A DNA stretch of 64,000 bases from Thermofilaceae archaeon (GCA_038861545.1 JAWCCZ010000004.1:160001-224000), one strand, 5' to 3'; numbered from the stretch's first letter, positions 1-10,813 are shown. Notes: generated by a model from the letters alone, not told the origin. Numbers and translations are program-made.

Positions 1-32
1 GCGCTTATAACCTCATACTTAGCTTATAACTG

Positions 33-1970
33 ATGTCGGTAAAAGCAGCGGCTCTCTTGCCGATATTGATTTGCTGCATTAATATATGTTTAGCAGGCTC
101 CAGCTCAATTATTAGACTAGAGGGGGCGGTTACAGATATGATTCCTTACGACGATTCGTTCATCATAGCTTTTAGCAACGGTACTTTAATACGCCTCTGC
201 AAGGAAACGGTTCTCTGGAGAGTAAGCACCAACGATAAAGGGTTGCCAGTTCTCCTGCAAACCTCAGAGCCTTATGGCTTCCTAGTTTTTACGAATACTG
301 GCTGGATCGGATTGATCTCGCCAAGAGGCGAGATCAGCGGTTGGCAAATGCTGCCTGTGGGAATGGATCCTATAAGCAGAGGTTACTATTCATTGCAATA
401 TAATAATGGTACAGCTGTAATATTTGTTGGCAACCGAGCCTATATTTTAAAGCTCCCAGATCTCGGAGTAGTAGCCTCTGATAGCGTCACTAATAGATAT
501 GTGAAATGTTCTGTGAGCGATAATGGCGATTTCATCTTTCTACTAGGCATAAACACTTTTTGCTCTTCTTGCATTCAAGCTGACCAACGCCTGATAGTAG
601 TGAAGCAGGTTAGCCTTGGCAACAACATAATAAGGTATACTCAGAACCATGTGAAAGACGCGGCTGTCAACTGGGAGGGTGCAAAGCTGCTCATAGCTAA
701 TTGGAGTGCGTTACTTATATGCGATTTGAAAGCAGATAAATTCCAAGTCCTGGACAGCATACCTTTCTTGCACCAAGCGAAGCACTGGAAAAGCTGGGGC
801 TTTTCACCTAATAGTAAGTTCTTCCATTACACTTATTTGAATGGAAATTATTTGGAACTATATGTATTTGACCTGGAACTAAGAGTCATGGGTTCACGTC
901 AGTTAGGCCTCGAATTTCAAAACGTCGTTTTCACGAGTGAAATTGACGACACTGGTAACGTGCTTATCCTTTGCCAAGATCCTTCATTGGAAAGCTCCCA
1001 TTACATTTTGCTAGACTCTGCCTTAAATGTAGTGGTAAGCGGTTCGTGGCCAGGACAAGTTAAAGGTATAGTTTTAGCTGAACACGCCGGAGTTTTCTCG
1101 GAGAAAGGTGCACTCATCTTGGAAAATAAAGTTCTAGCACCTACCGAGAAGTTTCTAGTCCTTGTGAAAACTGTGAAGAGAGACTACTCGCCAGTTCCAG
1201 GAGTTTTGATCTGTGCGAACAATACTTGTGGGTTCACTTCAGCTAGTGGCACAATACTGTTTAACCTCCAAAAGGGGTTCGTTACACTTAATGCGTCCCA
1301 CAAAGCGTTTGCACCGTATTCCGCAACGATCAGCATTAATGATAATAAAAACATAATGTTAACACTTCAACAGATTTTTCTCCTAAATATAAGTGCACGG
1401 TTCGATAACGGTACAGTTCCTAAACTCTGTAGAATCCAAGTGTTTGAAGGAAATGCATCTATAGAAATTAGCGAAGCAGTAGGCTGCTCTACACAAACTA
1501 AGCTCCCAGAAGGAAACTATACAATTTTAGTAACTACCGAAAATATAAGTGAAAAACGCTCCTTCAGTTTATTCAGTGATACAGCGGTCGAATTAATGCT
1601 GAAGGGCACATTCCCCTTGCAGATAGTAATCGAAGATGAAGAGGGAAAGCCTTGCAGAGCCACCGTAACTGTTAGCAGTGAAAGCGATAGGATGGCTACA
1701 GTGAATGGATCAACTATTCAGGTAGCTCTTCCTAAGGGGAGATATATTATTGAAGCAACAGCTCCAGGCTACAGCAGCATTAGAAGCGAAATCTCGGTAC
1801 CAAATTCTACTGAAGTTAAGCTCGTGCTAACTAAAGTGGAAAAACCGAGAACATGGCCTATGGACCCAGCTTATATTGTAATCCTGGTTTTCGTTGCCTG
1901 TTTAGTGGTTACTCAGCTGCTTCTCATAAGAAATAGGAAAAAACTAATGCATAGTAGCAGTAGGCGTTAA
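33..1970 (+). CDS. Secreted, C-terminally membrane-anchored surface protein (beta-propeller-like N-half plus PEGA/carboxypeptidase-regulatory-like repeats)
   Basis: N-terminal hydrophobic signal; repeated LPxGxYxI..A.GY beta-sandwich motifs; many N-x-S/T sequons; C-terminal TM helix followed by RNRKK. Confidence 0.65.
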   Translation: MSVKAAALLPILICCINICLAGSSSIIRLEGAVTDMIPYDDSFIIAFSNGTLIRLCKETVLWRVSTNDKGLPVLLQTSEPYGFLVFTNTGWIGLISPRGEISGWQMLPVGMDPISRGYYSLQYNNGTAVIFVGNRAYILKLPDLGVVASDSVTNRYVKCSVSDNGDFIFLLGINTFCSSCIQADQRLIVVKQVSLGNNIIRYTQNHVKDAAVNWEGAKLLIANWSALLICDLKADKFQVLDSIPFLHQAKHWKSWGFSPNSKFFHYTYLNGNYLELYVFDLELRVMGSRQLGLEFQNVVFTSEIDDTGNVLILCQDPSLESSHYILLDSALNVVVSGSWPGQVKGIVLAEHAGVFSEKGALILENKVLAPTEKFLVLVKTVKRDYSPVPGVLICANNTCGFTSASGTILFNLQKGFVTLNASHKAFAPYSATISINDNKNIMLTLQQIFLLNISARFDNGTVPKLCRIQVFEGNASIEISEAVGCSTQTKLPEGNYTILVTTENISEKRSFSLFSDTAVELMLKGTFPLQIVIEDEEGKPCRATVTVSSESDRMATVNGSTIQVALPKGRYIIEATAPGYSSIRSEISVPNSTEVKLVLTKVEKPRTWPMDPAYIVILVFVACLVVTQLLLIRNRKKLMHSSSRR

Positions 1971-1999
1971 GTATGGGGTAATAATTAGAGAGCCCTGCT

Positions 2000-2536
2000 A
2001 TGGACCCAAAGACAATCGCAAATATTTCACTTTTTACCGCTCTTGCAGTGTCATTTAGGCTTCTAAAACACGTGATAGCAGGAGCCTTTCAGCTAGTTAA
2101 TTTTCCCTTATCCTTTGCTATGATTGCCGGCTATTTTTCTGGATCGCTGGCAGGCATGCTAACCGGCGCGCTATCCTTCTACTTAAGCGATCTTTTACTC
2201 GGGCTAGGCCCATGGACTTTAGTTAACTCTACGCTAGCAGCTGGTATTGGAGCTGTTTGGGGAGTGCTTCGTAAAAGCCGCTCCATGGGGTGGCCTCTCT
2301 TCATCTTAGCTTTTATTTCAACCTTCGCATACGACGTTCTCTCTTCCTTCCTCCTCTATATGTTGTTCATACGGGAAACTTGGTATGCATTAGTTTACGC
2401 ACTTATAGGTTTATTTCTCCCTAGTATGGGTGGCTATATGGTGGGAGTAGGCCCTATAACGGAGACATTGACAGCTGGAGTTACCACCTTAGTTATTTCC
2501 AGGGTAAGAAAAGCCTTTGGGACAGAGAAATTTTGA
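2000..2536 (+). CDS. ECF transporter substrate-specific (S) component
   Basis: 178 aa, about 6 TM helices, N-terminal IAxxxLFxALA motif, SDLLLGLGPWT motif. Confidence 0.7.
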   Translation: MDPKTIANISLFTALAVSFRLLKHVIAGAFQLVNFPLSFAMIAGYFSGSLAGMLTGALSFYLSDLLLGLGPWTLVNSTLAAGIGAVWGVLRKSRSMGWPLFILAFISTFAYDVLSSFLLYMLFIRETWYALVYALIGLFLPSMGGYMVGVGPITETLTAGVTTLVISRVRKAFGTEKF

Positions 2537-2539
2537 AAA

Positions 2540-3415
2540 TTAAAGTAGAGAACTGACTGCATTTGCGAGTGGTTCCGCTACACTTATCTTTGAGGTGGGT
2601 GAGGGTATAGTGTCCGTAGCCACTATATCGCTCACCCCTGCATTGTAAAGTTTATCCAGCGCGCTTGAAGCCAGGATTGCATGTGTACAGGCAGCATGTA
2701 CTCTTTTGGCACCGTTCATCAACACAGACTTTGCCGCTAACATTAAAGTGCTTCCAGTGCTTATTATATCATCTACTATAAGTACGTCCTTACCTTCAAC
2801 TTCAATGTTTTTAGGTAAAAGCGAAAGCTCACCTGTAGTCCGATCTCGACGTTTTTCTAGGTAATCGTAGCTAGCCTTTAATAATTCTGCTATGGCCCGA
2901 GCCCTGTGGATAGCTCCCTTATCCGGGGCAAGCACTAGCGGTTGATGTAAAGTCCCCTTAAAGTACTCAGCTAGCTGCACTATCGGTAAAACATTAAGGT
3001 GAGGTATATTCAGCCATTCGTCCAAGGAGGAAGGGTTGTGCACATCTACTGTAATAAACGCATCGGCACCGGCTACTTGGAGAGAACGTAGAATGACTCC
3101 AATGCTAATGGGTTCCCCTTCCATAAAACGCTTATCCTGGCGAGCGTAAGCTAGGTAGGGAACAACGACTACAACCTTAGATGCTCCGGAGTTTTTAACA
3201 GCATCAATCGCTAGAAGTAGTTGGATAAAGCGCTCATCTTGAGGGGGGTGTGTAGAATGTACAAGAATGGCTTTTCCTTTAATTTTTTGAGGGACTCTTA
3301 CATACTTTTCTCCATCTGGAAAAGATTTCTCCTCGATTATGATCAAGTCTTGGGATAGGGTTCTAGCCAATTTAGCGGCTAAACCCAGAGATGAACCCGT
3401 AGCTATTACCGTCAC
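2540..3415 (-). CDS. prs: Ribose-phosphate pyrophosphokinase
   Basis: FPDGE, PYLAYARQDK, APDKGA and VDDIISTGST motifs. Confidence 0.95.
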   Translation of the reverse strand: MTVIATGSSLGLAAKLARTLSQDLIIIEEKSFPDGEKYVRVPQKIKGKAILVHSTHPPQDERFIQLLLAIDAVKNSGASKVVVVVPYLAYARQDKRFMEGEPISIGVILRSLQVAGADAFITVDVHNPSSLDEWLNIPHLNVLPIVQLAEYFKGTLHQPLVLAPDKGAIHRARAIAELLKASYDYLEKRRDRTTGELSLLPKNIEVEGKDVLIVDDIISTGSTLMLAAKSVLMNGAKRVHAACTHAILASSALDKLYNAGVSDIVATDTIPSPTSKISVAEPLANAVSSLL

Positions 3416-3428
3416 GAAGACCTTGTGT

Positions 3429-5711
3429 TTAAACCCCAGATAAGTTTAACCCGGCTATAACCGCCTGCCCGAGGGCTATTCCACCGTCGCCCGCCGGTAT
3501 TCCGCGAGGAAGAAGAACATTTTTTAACATATTCTTTAAACCTTTGACTAGGTACTCGTTCACTGCAGCACCCCCCGCCAGTAAAACTTGTGGATCAGAA
3601 CAACCTGAAGCTTCTCTAGCTAACAGGCCAAGAGCCTCGCCGAGCCTAACCTGTGCTGTATAAGCTAGATCTTTAACACTATTGTTTCCGATTGCATCAA
3701 TCAGCTTCAGTAGGAAATCCCTAACGAGTACTCTATTGCCTTCCACCTCGATCTTTAGATTATCTAGGAGCCGCCCACCTCTGGCAGCTGCCTCAAGCAT
3801 AACAGCTGGTTCACCCTCATATGTCCTTTCCCAACAAATACCTAAAGCTGCGGATACAACATCAAGAAACCTCCCAACGCTTGAGGTTCTGGGGGAAAGA
3901 CCAATACTTTTTACTGCCACAGCTAACTCGGATAATCCTCCGGGTACAGCTTTGCTAAGACCCAGTTTACTGCAAGCCTTGATTGCTTCCTTCGCGCCGA
4001 TTTCAAGAGACAACGTCGCCGCGAGTATCCGTGCTGGATATATTGTGGCTCGGTCGCCTCCTGGGAGAGGTAAGTGGTCTAAATGCCCTAGTCTTTCATA
4101 ACCAGCGTATGTAACTAATAGGACTTCCCCACCCCACATGGTCCCATCTTCTCCGTAGCCTGCCCCATCGACAGCTACGCCAACAATCGTCTCGTCGAGT
4201 GGTATACTGTTAGATACCATGCATGAGACAATGTGAGCATAGTGGTGCTGAACCTTGACATGGGTGATACCGCGTTCCGCTGCCAGGTTAGATGCTAGAA
4301 GTGTTGTAGGGTAGTTGGGATGTTTATCTGAGACTATGACGTGAGCCTTTACTTTGTAGACCTTCTCTAGGAAACTCAAAGATGAAAGGAGGAAATCCAA
4401 GTTTTCCCTATAGTCCATGTCGCCCGTATACTGTGTGAGGACTACCTTATCGTTAAACGCCACGGCGCCAGCATTGGATAAGTGAGCGCCGAGTGCTACA
4501 ACCTCGTATCTCGTTTTAAATGGAATTTTAATCCATCGTGGAGCGTAACCTCTAGCTCTTCTAAGCATCTGTGGTTTACCGTCGGTTAATCTTACTACAC
4601 TGTCGTCTACCCTATTTATGATTTCTCTATTATGGAGGAGAAAGTAATCAGCGATACCTTTCAGTTCTCTTGTAGCCTCCAAACCTATGCATATAGGTAG
4701 ACCCAGCTTGTTACCACTTGTCATTATAAGGAACTTGTCTTTAGTGTTATTTATTATCAGGTAGTGAAGCGGGGTATAAGGAAGCATCACACCTATATCT
4801 GCTAATCCCGGGGCTATAAGGTCGGAAATGTGTGCTCCTTCCCTCTTCGGTATTAGTACTATGGGTCGCTGAGGTGATTTCAACAATTTAATGTGACCCT
4901 CAGTTGGGCACGCAATTGCTCTAACTACATCCAAGTTAAGTGCCATCAGAGCTAAAGGCTTACGGGGTCTACGCTTTCTAACTCTCAATTTGTTCACGAC
5001 GGTATCATCTGAAGCTAAAGAGGCTAGATGGAAACCCCCTAAGCCCTTTATCGCGACTATGTTTCCTTCATCAATTAACCGAGCAGCCTCTATAATCGGA
5101 TTTTCGCAGGAAACATCTTCGCCTGAAGTATTTAGTAATCTAAGACTCGGCCCACACTTGGGGCAACTAATGCCTTGTGCGTGAAAACGCCTAGTATCAC
5201 TCCAATTACTGTATTCTTCTAGGCAATGGTTGCACATTGGAAAATCCCTCATAGTGGTATTCGTCCTATCATAAGGAGTGGTATACATCATTGAAAAACG
5301 AGGTCCGCACCAAGCGCAAGAGTTAAAGGGATAGCTGTACCACCGAGATCGAAGATCTAGAACCTCTGTTAAGCACTCATCGCAGACTCCTATATCAGGA
5401 GGTATTTGTGATCTTTCGGCAACCGAACTCCCGCTTTCGAGGATTTTAAAAGATGTATAGCCCCGCGGCTCCACATATTGAATTATTATATCTTCGAGTT
5501 CCGCTGGCGGAGGAATATCCAACTTTAAAACTTGGAAAAATTTCTCTATTAACCCATCCGGACCTTCGACCCATACTTCTACCTCTGATCCACCGAGATT
5601 CTTTACATAACCCGTAACTCCGAGTTTAACAGCTACTCTATAAATAAAAGGCCTGAAACCGACTCCCTGCACTACACCGGTGATTCTAACTATCGCGGCT
5701 TTTCGGTTCAT
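3429..5711 (-). CDS. hypF: [NiFe]-hydrogenase maturation carbamoyltransferase
   Basis: GVVQGVGFRPF acylphosphatase domain, CxxC zinc fingers, KGLGGFHL, QHHYAH, GDGGIALGQ. Confidence 0.96.
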   Translation of the reverse strand: MNRKAAIVRITGVVQGVGFRPFIYRVAVKLGVTGYVKNLGGSEVEVWVEGPDGLIEKFFQVLKLDIPPPAELEDIIIQYVEPRGYTSFKILESGSSVAERSQIPPDIGVCDECLTEVLDLRSRWYSYPFNSCAWCGPRFSMMYTTPYDRTNTTMRDFPMCNHCLEEYSNWSDTRRFHAQGISCPKCGPSLRLLNTSGEDVSCENPIIEAARLIDEGNIVAIKGLGGFHLASLASDDTVVNKLRVRKRRPRKPLALMALNLDVVRAIACPTEGHIKLLKSPQRPIVLIPKREGAHISDLIAPGLADIGVMLPYTPLHYLIINNTKDKFLIMTSGNKLGLPICIGLEATRELKGIADYFLLHNREIINRVDDSVVRLTDGKPQMLRRARGYAPRWIKIPFKTRYEVVALGAHLSNAGAVAFNDKVVLTQYTGDMDYRENLDFLLSSLSFLEKVYKVKAHVIVSDKHPNYPTTLLASNLAAERGITHVKVQHHYAHIVSCMVSNSIPLDETIVGVAVDGAGYGEDGTMWGGEVLLVTYAGYERLGHLDHLPLPGGDRATIYPARILAATLSLEIGAKEAIKACSKLGLSKAVPGGLSELAVAVKSIGLSPRTSSVGRFLDVVSAALGICWERTYEGEPAVMLEAAARGGRLLDNLKIEVEGNRVLVRDFLLKLIDAIGNNSVKDLAYTAQVRLGEALGLLAREASGCSDPQVLLAGGAAVNEYLVKGLKNMLKNVLLPRGIPAGDGGIALGQAVIAGLNLSGV

Positions 5712-5771
5712 GCTAAGCTTCTCAAGTTCGGTGAAACTGAGCCTTTTTAAGCTGACCGTTTTTACTCGCCT

Positions 5772-7211
5772 GTGGTGCTGCTGCTTCGGCTTGGAGAAAT
5801 CACAATAAAAGGAAAGAAGACGCGGAAAAAATTCGAGAAACTATTACTGGCTAACATAGAAGATGCATTCACTTCAGGTAACATACAATACAGAATTAGA
5901 AAAGAGTGGGGAAGGATATTCGTCTATACTAACGCAGAAGAAAAGGCAGTCGAAGTTCTAAAACAAATTTTCGGTATTAAGTCTATCTCGATAGCATATG
6001 AAACCAAGTTTGAAGAATTTGACGATCTAGTTCTTAAAGCGAAGGAATACTTTGTTGACAAAGTAAAAGGTAAGAGGTTCGCCGTTAGGGCCAGGAGAAT
6101 AGGACAGCATAGTTTCACTTCATTAGATGTTGAAAAAGCTTTGGGAGCCGCGTTGCTTAGCTTCGGTGCAGGTGTAGACCTTAGAAATCCGGAGGTCACG
6201 GCTTACGTGGAAATAAGAGGACATAGAGTATATTTTTACACGAATTCGATAAAGGCTTATGGCGGCTTACCGATAGGAAGCGAGGGAAAAGTTATAGCAT
6301 TAGTATCGGGCGGCTTTGACTCTCCAGTTGCGGCGTGGTACGCTTTACGCAGAGGGGCTGCAGTGCATTACCTTCTTTGCAAGATCGGAGGAGATACCCA
6401 AGAGATTGCAGTGTTACACGTACTGAAGACTTTAGCTGATAAATGGAGTTATGGTTACAGGCCAAAACTTTACGTTGTAGATTTTAATGAAATACTGAAG
6501 GAAATGAAAAATAAATGTAACGCCTCTCTGCTCAACTTGATACTTAAGAGATACATGTATAGAGCAGCGGAAGTTATAGCTGCTAGAGAAGGCGCTGAGG
6601 CTATAGTCACTGGCGAATCTTTAGGCCAAGCATCCTCACAGACTCTTAGAAATCTTTATGTGTCATCGCTGGCTGCAAGATTGCAGATACTAAGACCCCT
6701 CATTGGTTTTGATAAAGATGAAATCGTCTCGATAGCTCGCGAAATAGGAACCCACGATGCCTCTGCCAGGGTAAAAGAGTACTGTAGTGTCTTCAGCGAA
6801 CATCCGAAAACCCATGCATCTATGGAAGAAGTAGAGGCAGAAGAAGCTAAACTAGACCCAGCGTTGCTAAGTAAAGCGCTCGAAAACGCTAAGGTTTATG
6901 ATTTGAGAAGTGTAAAAATTGAAGAAAAACTGGAGGGGTTAGAAGTTGACAGGGTTCCCGACGACGCTGTTATAATTACGTTTGAAGCTAAAGAATGGGG
7001 TCAACAGTATCCACCTAGCTCTATACGAATGAGTTTCGACCAACTCCTCGAAAACGTTGGTAAGCTAGATCCATCTTCTACCTATGTGCTTGTGTGTGAT
7101 GAAGGAGCACTGAGTCTGGAAGCCGCCTATATCTTAAGAAAACTTGGAATTAACGCCTATAGTTTTAAAGGGGGGATCAGGCGCTTGAGACGTTTAGCCT
7201 CAGCAACTTAA
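5772..7211 (+). CDS. thiI: tRNA 4-thiouridine synthase (THUMP + PP-loop + rhodanese)
   Basis: RLGEITIKG, GGLPIG, SGGFDS, TGESLGQ, C-terminal rhodanese-like LVCDEG. Confidence 0.93.
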   Translation: MVLLLRLGEITIKGKKTRKKFEKLLLANIEDAFTSGNIQYRIRKEWGRIFVYTNAEEKAVEVLKQIFGIKSISIAYETKFEEFDDLVLKAKEYFVDKVKGKRFAVRARRIGQHSFTSLDVEKALGAALLSFGAGVDLRNPEVTAYVEIRGHRVYFYTNSIKAYGGLPIGSEGKVIALVSGGFDSPVAAWYALRRGAAVHYLLCKIGGDTQEIAVLHVLKTLADKWSYGYRPKLYVVDFNEILKEMKNKCNASLLNLILKRYMYRAAEVIAAREGAEAIVTGESLGQASSQTLRNLYVSSLAARLQILRPLIGFDKDEIVSIAREIGTHDASARVKEYCSVFSEHPKTHASMEEVEAEEAKLDPALLSKALENAKVYDLRSVKIEEKLEGLEVDRVPDDAVIITFEAKEWGQQYPPSSIRMSFDQLLENVGKLDPSSTYVLVCDEGALSLEAAYILRKLGINAYSFKGGIRRLRRLASAT

Positions 7212-7215
7212 TTTT

Positions 7216-7944
7216 ATGCGATGGACTCAATTATCCTCTTATTGTTATCTAAGTCCCGTGGGTTTAGCTGAAGACATCGATGAAGTTATTACACGTCTTA
7301 GCTCAAGGCTAGACCCCCCACTGAGTAAAAGGTTAGAAATTCTTGGGGCTAAGCTTAAGGAGCTTGCTCTTCGCCATATGGTCAGCTCCAACCACACAGT
7401 TATGGAGCTCGTAATAGCTAAACACCTTTTAGAAAGAGGCTATGAAGTAGAAGTAGAATACGAGCTTGCCCCCAACTTAGTATGCGATATATTTGCAACC
7501 CGTAATGGCAGGACAATAATAACGGAGGTTGAAACAGGCTTTGTACCTCCTGAGAATTCTACGGACCCCATGGCTTACAGAATGGCTAGAGAGCTCAGTA
7601 AGGTAGCAAGATACAGTAAGCACTCAGATGAGTTCGCGATGGCTATACCTCCCTTTCACATCCTCCAGCTTCCTTACGTGCTTTTCCTTCCACCTGAGGA
7701 GCGTGACCGGTGGGGAATAAAGTACTTTAAAAACCTAATAGATGCTTATTACTCAAAACCCCCCGTAGACTTCGATGAACTAATGACAGCTAAGTTACAC
7801 TACGTTTATGTGGTCCTTGTGGATAGCCTACAGATGATTGAACTTACTGCTGGAGAATATTATAACTTCTTCGTCGAGAGACCGGCATCTCTCCTATGGC
7901 GTACCGGTTGGCCTTTGAGTATCCCACCTTTAGAGGAAGATTGA
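7216..7944 (+). CDS. Conserved hypothetical protein, PD-(D/E)XK-like fold (start may be GTG at 7258)
   Basis: H...E...GYEVEVE...CD...EVET pattern of restriction-endonuclease-like folds. Confidence 0.5.
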   Translation: MRWTQLSSYCYLSPVGLAEDIDEVITRLSSRLDPPLSKRLEILGAKLKELALRHMVSSNHTVMELVIAKHLLERGYEVEVEYELAPNLVCDIFATRNGRTIITEVETGFVPPENSTDPMAYRMARELSKVARYSKHSDEFAMAIPPFHILQLPYVLFLPPEERDRWGIKYFKNLIDAYYSKPPVDFDELMTAKLHYVYVVLVDSLQMIELTAGEYYNFFVERPASLLWRTGWPLSIPPLEED

Positions 7945-7997
7945 GAAACCCAATCATGCGTCAAATATATTTACTTCGTAATTGGAAAAATAAAAAC

Positions 7998-8546
7998 ATG
8001 GAACACGTGGTAGTTTTAATTCCGGGAATGTTGGGTGCAGGCTGCACCTCAGTGGCGCAGGAGCTTGCTAAGCGCACCGGCCTTCGAATAATTAATAGCG
8101 AGTACATTATTAGAGGAATTGTAAGCGAAAAACGCGTCTCATTCACGGAGCTTGCCAACATGGCTAGGGATGGCGAGATAGACCTTGAAGATTTAGTTAG
8201 GAGTATCGCTGTCGATCATGTGAGAGAGGGGGGTGTCATCGTTGAAGGCCGTACAGCTCTGATGGTTCTTAACCAGCCAGTCACGCTGAAAGTTTTTCTG
8301 TACGCGGACAAGAGAGCAAGAATTGAGAGAATTGCTAAAAGGAGAAACATTAGCGCAGAAGATGCTCGAGAAGAAATCGAGCATAGCGATGCTGATAGGA
8401 ACAGGCTTACAGAAAGATTTTACAAGAAGCCGTACACTGATCCAACTCTCTACGACATAATGCTTGACACTACGAATCTCGCTTTCAGTGATGCTGCAAC
8501 AATAATAGAAAGTATATTAAAGCAGCGTATCCCCTTTAAAAGGTAA
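7998..8546 (+). CDS. Cytidylate kinase-like protein
   Basis: VIVEGR, LKVFLYA..RIERI, D..R...FY and YDIMLDTT motifs; P-loop degenerate (GMLGAGCT); ATG 7998 preferred over 7896. Confidence 0.75.
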   Translation: MEHVVVLIPGMLGAGCTSVAQELAKRTGLRIINSEYIIRGIVSEKRVSFTELANMARDGEIDLEDLVRSIAVDHVREGGVIVEGRTALMVLNQPVTLKVFLYADKRARIERIAKRRNISAEDAREEIEHSDADRNRLTERFYKKPYTDPTLYDIMLDTTNLAFSDAATIIESILKQRIPFKR

Positions 8547-8697
8547 ACACTAGGATCCTAAAAATCACTCTTTTACTTTAAATTCCCTAAACTGTGGCGC
8601 CGATAATCCTTTATGAGCGTTCCTAACACTCCTCTTGCATTCATGATGAATCGTCAGAACTCTTTAAAGCGTCACTATAATTAACCCTAGAGAGAAG

Positions 8698-9495
8698 ATG
8701 TATTTAATAGCCCGTGTGGAAAAAGTTTCTAAGTTATGTGAGAACGTTAATGAATATTTGCTTAGGCTCACGAAGAAACTCGGTTCCACACCAGGCCAGT
8801 TTGTTATGGTTTGGATACCGCGTGTAGGTGAAATACCGGTGAGTGTTGCATGGGAAAACGACACTCTTCTTAGACTTATAATAGCTAGAAAGGGAGCTGT
8901 GACAAACTACATACACGATAACATTGGTGAAGGTAATAGGTTTTTCTTACGAGGACCTTTAGGAAAAGGGTTTGAGATCGTACGAGGCAAAGTGTTAATC
9001 GTGGCGGGGGGTTATGGAGCGGCCCCTATGCTCTATCTGGCTTCAACGCTTAGAAAAACCGGTTCACAGGTAACCGTAGCCCTGGGGTTCCGAGAGAATA
9101 GTAATGTTATGCTAGTAAAGGAATTCGAGAAGTTAGCAGATCAAGTGTTTGTGGCTACGGAAGATGGAAGTGTGGGATTTAAAGGCCAGCTGAGCAACTT
9201 GGTTTCCAGTATTTTATCAAGCTCTCATTACGACATAGTATACACCTGTGGTAAGGAACAAATGATTGAATGTGTTGTCCATATGGCTATAAAGGCTGGA
9301 ATCAAAGTGCAGGCCTCCCTGGAAAGGTTGATGAAGTGCGGTATAGGGATATGCGGTTCATGCGCTTTAGAACCGCAGGGTCTTCTGGTCTGCCGGGATG
9401 GGCCTGTTTTTAACGGCCACGAGCTTATTCAGCTTGACGATTTTGGAAAGTGGTGGTGGAATGCATCTGGAAAGAGAATTCCGCTCCCCACGTAG
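8698..9495 (+). CDS. pyrK: Dihydroorotate dehydrogenase electron transfer subunit
   Basis: PGQFVM, GPLGKGF, AGGYG, MKCGIGICGSC...VCRDGPVF 2Fe-2S motif. Confidence 0.92.
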   Translation: MYLIARVEKVSKLCENVNEYLLRLTKKLGSTPGQFVMVWIPRVGEIPVSVAWENDTLLRLIIARKGAVTNYIHDNIGEGNRFFLRGPLGKGFEIVRGKVLIVAGGYGAAPMLYLASTLRKTGSQVTVALGFRENSNVMLVKEFEKLADQVFVATEDGSVGFKGQLSNLVSSILSSSHYDIVYTCGKEQMIECVVHMAIKAGIKVQASLERLMKCGIGICGSCALEPQGLLVCRDGPVFNGHELIQLDDFGKWWWNASGKRIPLPT

Positions 9496-10813
9496 CTTAG
9501 ACCTTATCATTTCAGGAAAGATCTATGTTGAAGGTAGATTAATTGATGCAGCTATCGGCGTTGAGGGAGGAAAAATAGCGTGGATAGGTAAATCATCATG
9601 TGCACCCTTCGCGGAGAAGGTAGTCCGAGCGGATGAGAAAACTCTCATACTGCCGGGGATGGTTGACATGCATGTTCATATGAGGGATCTAGACGAGTCT
9701 GATAAAGAAGACTGGTACACCGGTACACTATCTGCACTGATCGGCGGCGTAACGTTTATTGCTGACATGCCGAACAATCAACCACCTGCACGTAACTTAG
9801 AAGTCTTGAAGATGAAGGAAGAAGTGGCTAGCAAAAGGGCTTTAGTAGACTATGGTTTTTACGCTGGAGTGCCACTCCAAAGCAGGGAACTAGAGCGCAT
9901 GTCTACTTTCGGATTAATTGGATTAAAAGTTTACCCAGAAGATCAACTACATAAGGAGCTTATAGATATACTTAGAGAAGCTAAACGACTAGACCTTCTC
10001 ACAGTTGCCCATGCCGAAGACCCCTTAATATTGAACTTTGCCAGCAAACTTGAGAAAGGGGGCTTTGATAGACACTCGCTGATACGACCAGCTGAAGGCG
10101 AGGCGCTCGCAATACGTAGATTAGCTTTACTAGGCTCGAGAATAGGCTTTAGGCTACATTTAACTCATGTAAGCTCAGCAGCGGCTTTAAAAGCAGCAGT
10201 CGAAACAAAGATAAAAGTTGGGGCATCTATTGATACAGCTATTCATTATCTCCTCCTTGATTCAAGTTCTGCTAAGAAGTTTAAGGGCATAGCGAAGGTA
10301 AACCCACCACTTCGTGGAGAACATGATGTGAGGATAATCCGATGTGCTTTAAAGACCGGTATTATCGATGCTATTGTTACAGACCATGCCCCTCATAAAG
10401 TAGAGGAGAAGACCATTGAAAGTTATGAAAATGTTCCTGCGGGTTTTCCAGGTCTTGAGTTATGCCTGCCTCTGTTGACGACGCTTATAGCCCGTGGTGA
10501 AGTGCCCTTAAACACATTAGAGTTGTATTCAAGCCGTCCAGCAAAACTTCTCAGAGTGCCAAAAGGTCGAGTTGAAGTAGGCTTTGATGCGGATTTCGTG
10601 TTCATGAATTTAGGGGAAAAGTGGAGAATTAAAGGTAAGGATCTGAAAAGCAAAGCAAAGTATACCCCTTTCGAGGACTTTGAAGTGGTTGGAAGGATAA
10701 GAAAGGTTTTCGTAAGGGGAGTGCAAGCCCTTGAGGATGAGGATATACTGGTGAATAAAGGATATGGTAGAAGATACTGGTCTAAGAGTGAGATTGACTT
10801 CCTTGGAGCTTAA
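9461..10813 (+). CDS. pyrC: Dihydroorotase
   Basis: DMHVHMR, DMPN, KVNPPLR, TDHAPH; ATG 9461 follows a GGTGG RBS. Confidence 0.9.
   Translation: MHLEREFRSPRSLDLIISGKIYVEGRLIDAAIGVEGGKIAWIGKSSCAPFAEKVVRADEKTLILPGMVDMHVHMRDLDESDKEDWYTGTLSALIGGVTFIADMPNNQPPARNLEVLKMKEEVASKRALVDYGFYAGVPLQSRELERMSTFGLIGLKVYPEDQLHKELIDILREAKRLDLLTVAHAEDPLILNFASKLEKGGFDRHSLIRPAEGEALAIRRLALLGSRIGFRLHLTHVSSAAALKAAVETKIKVGASIDTAIHYLLLDSSSAKKFKGIAKVNPPLRGEHDVRIIRCALKTGIIDAIVTDHAPHKVEEKTIESYENVPAGFPGLELCLPLLTTLIARGEVPLNTLELYSSRPAKLLRVPKGRVEVGFDADFVFMNLGEKWRIKGKDLKSKAKYTPFEDFEVVGRIRKVFVRGVQALEDEDILVNKGYGRRYWSKSEIDFLGA

Noticed and set aside
8560-8697. ATGATGA at about 8643 as a C/D sRNA or pyr leader
   Set aside because: No D box at suitable spacing and no convincing stem
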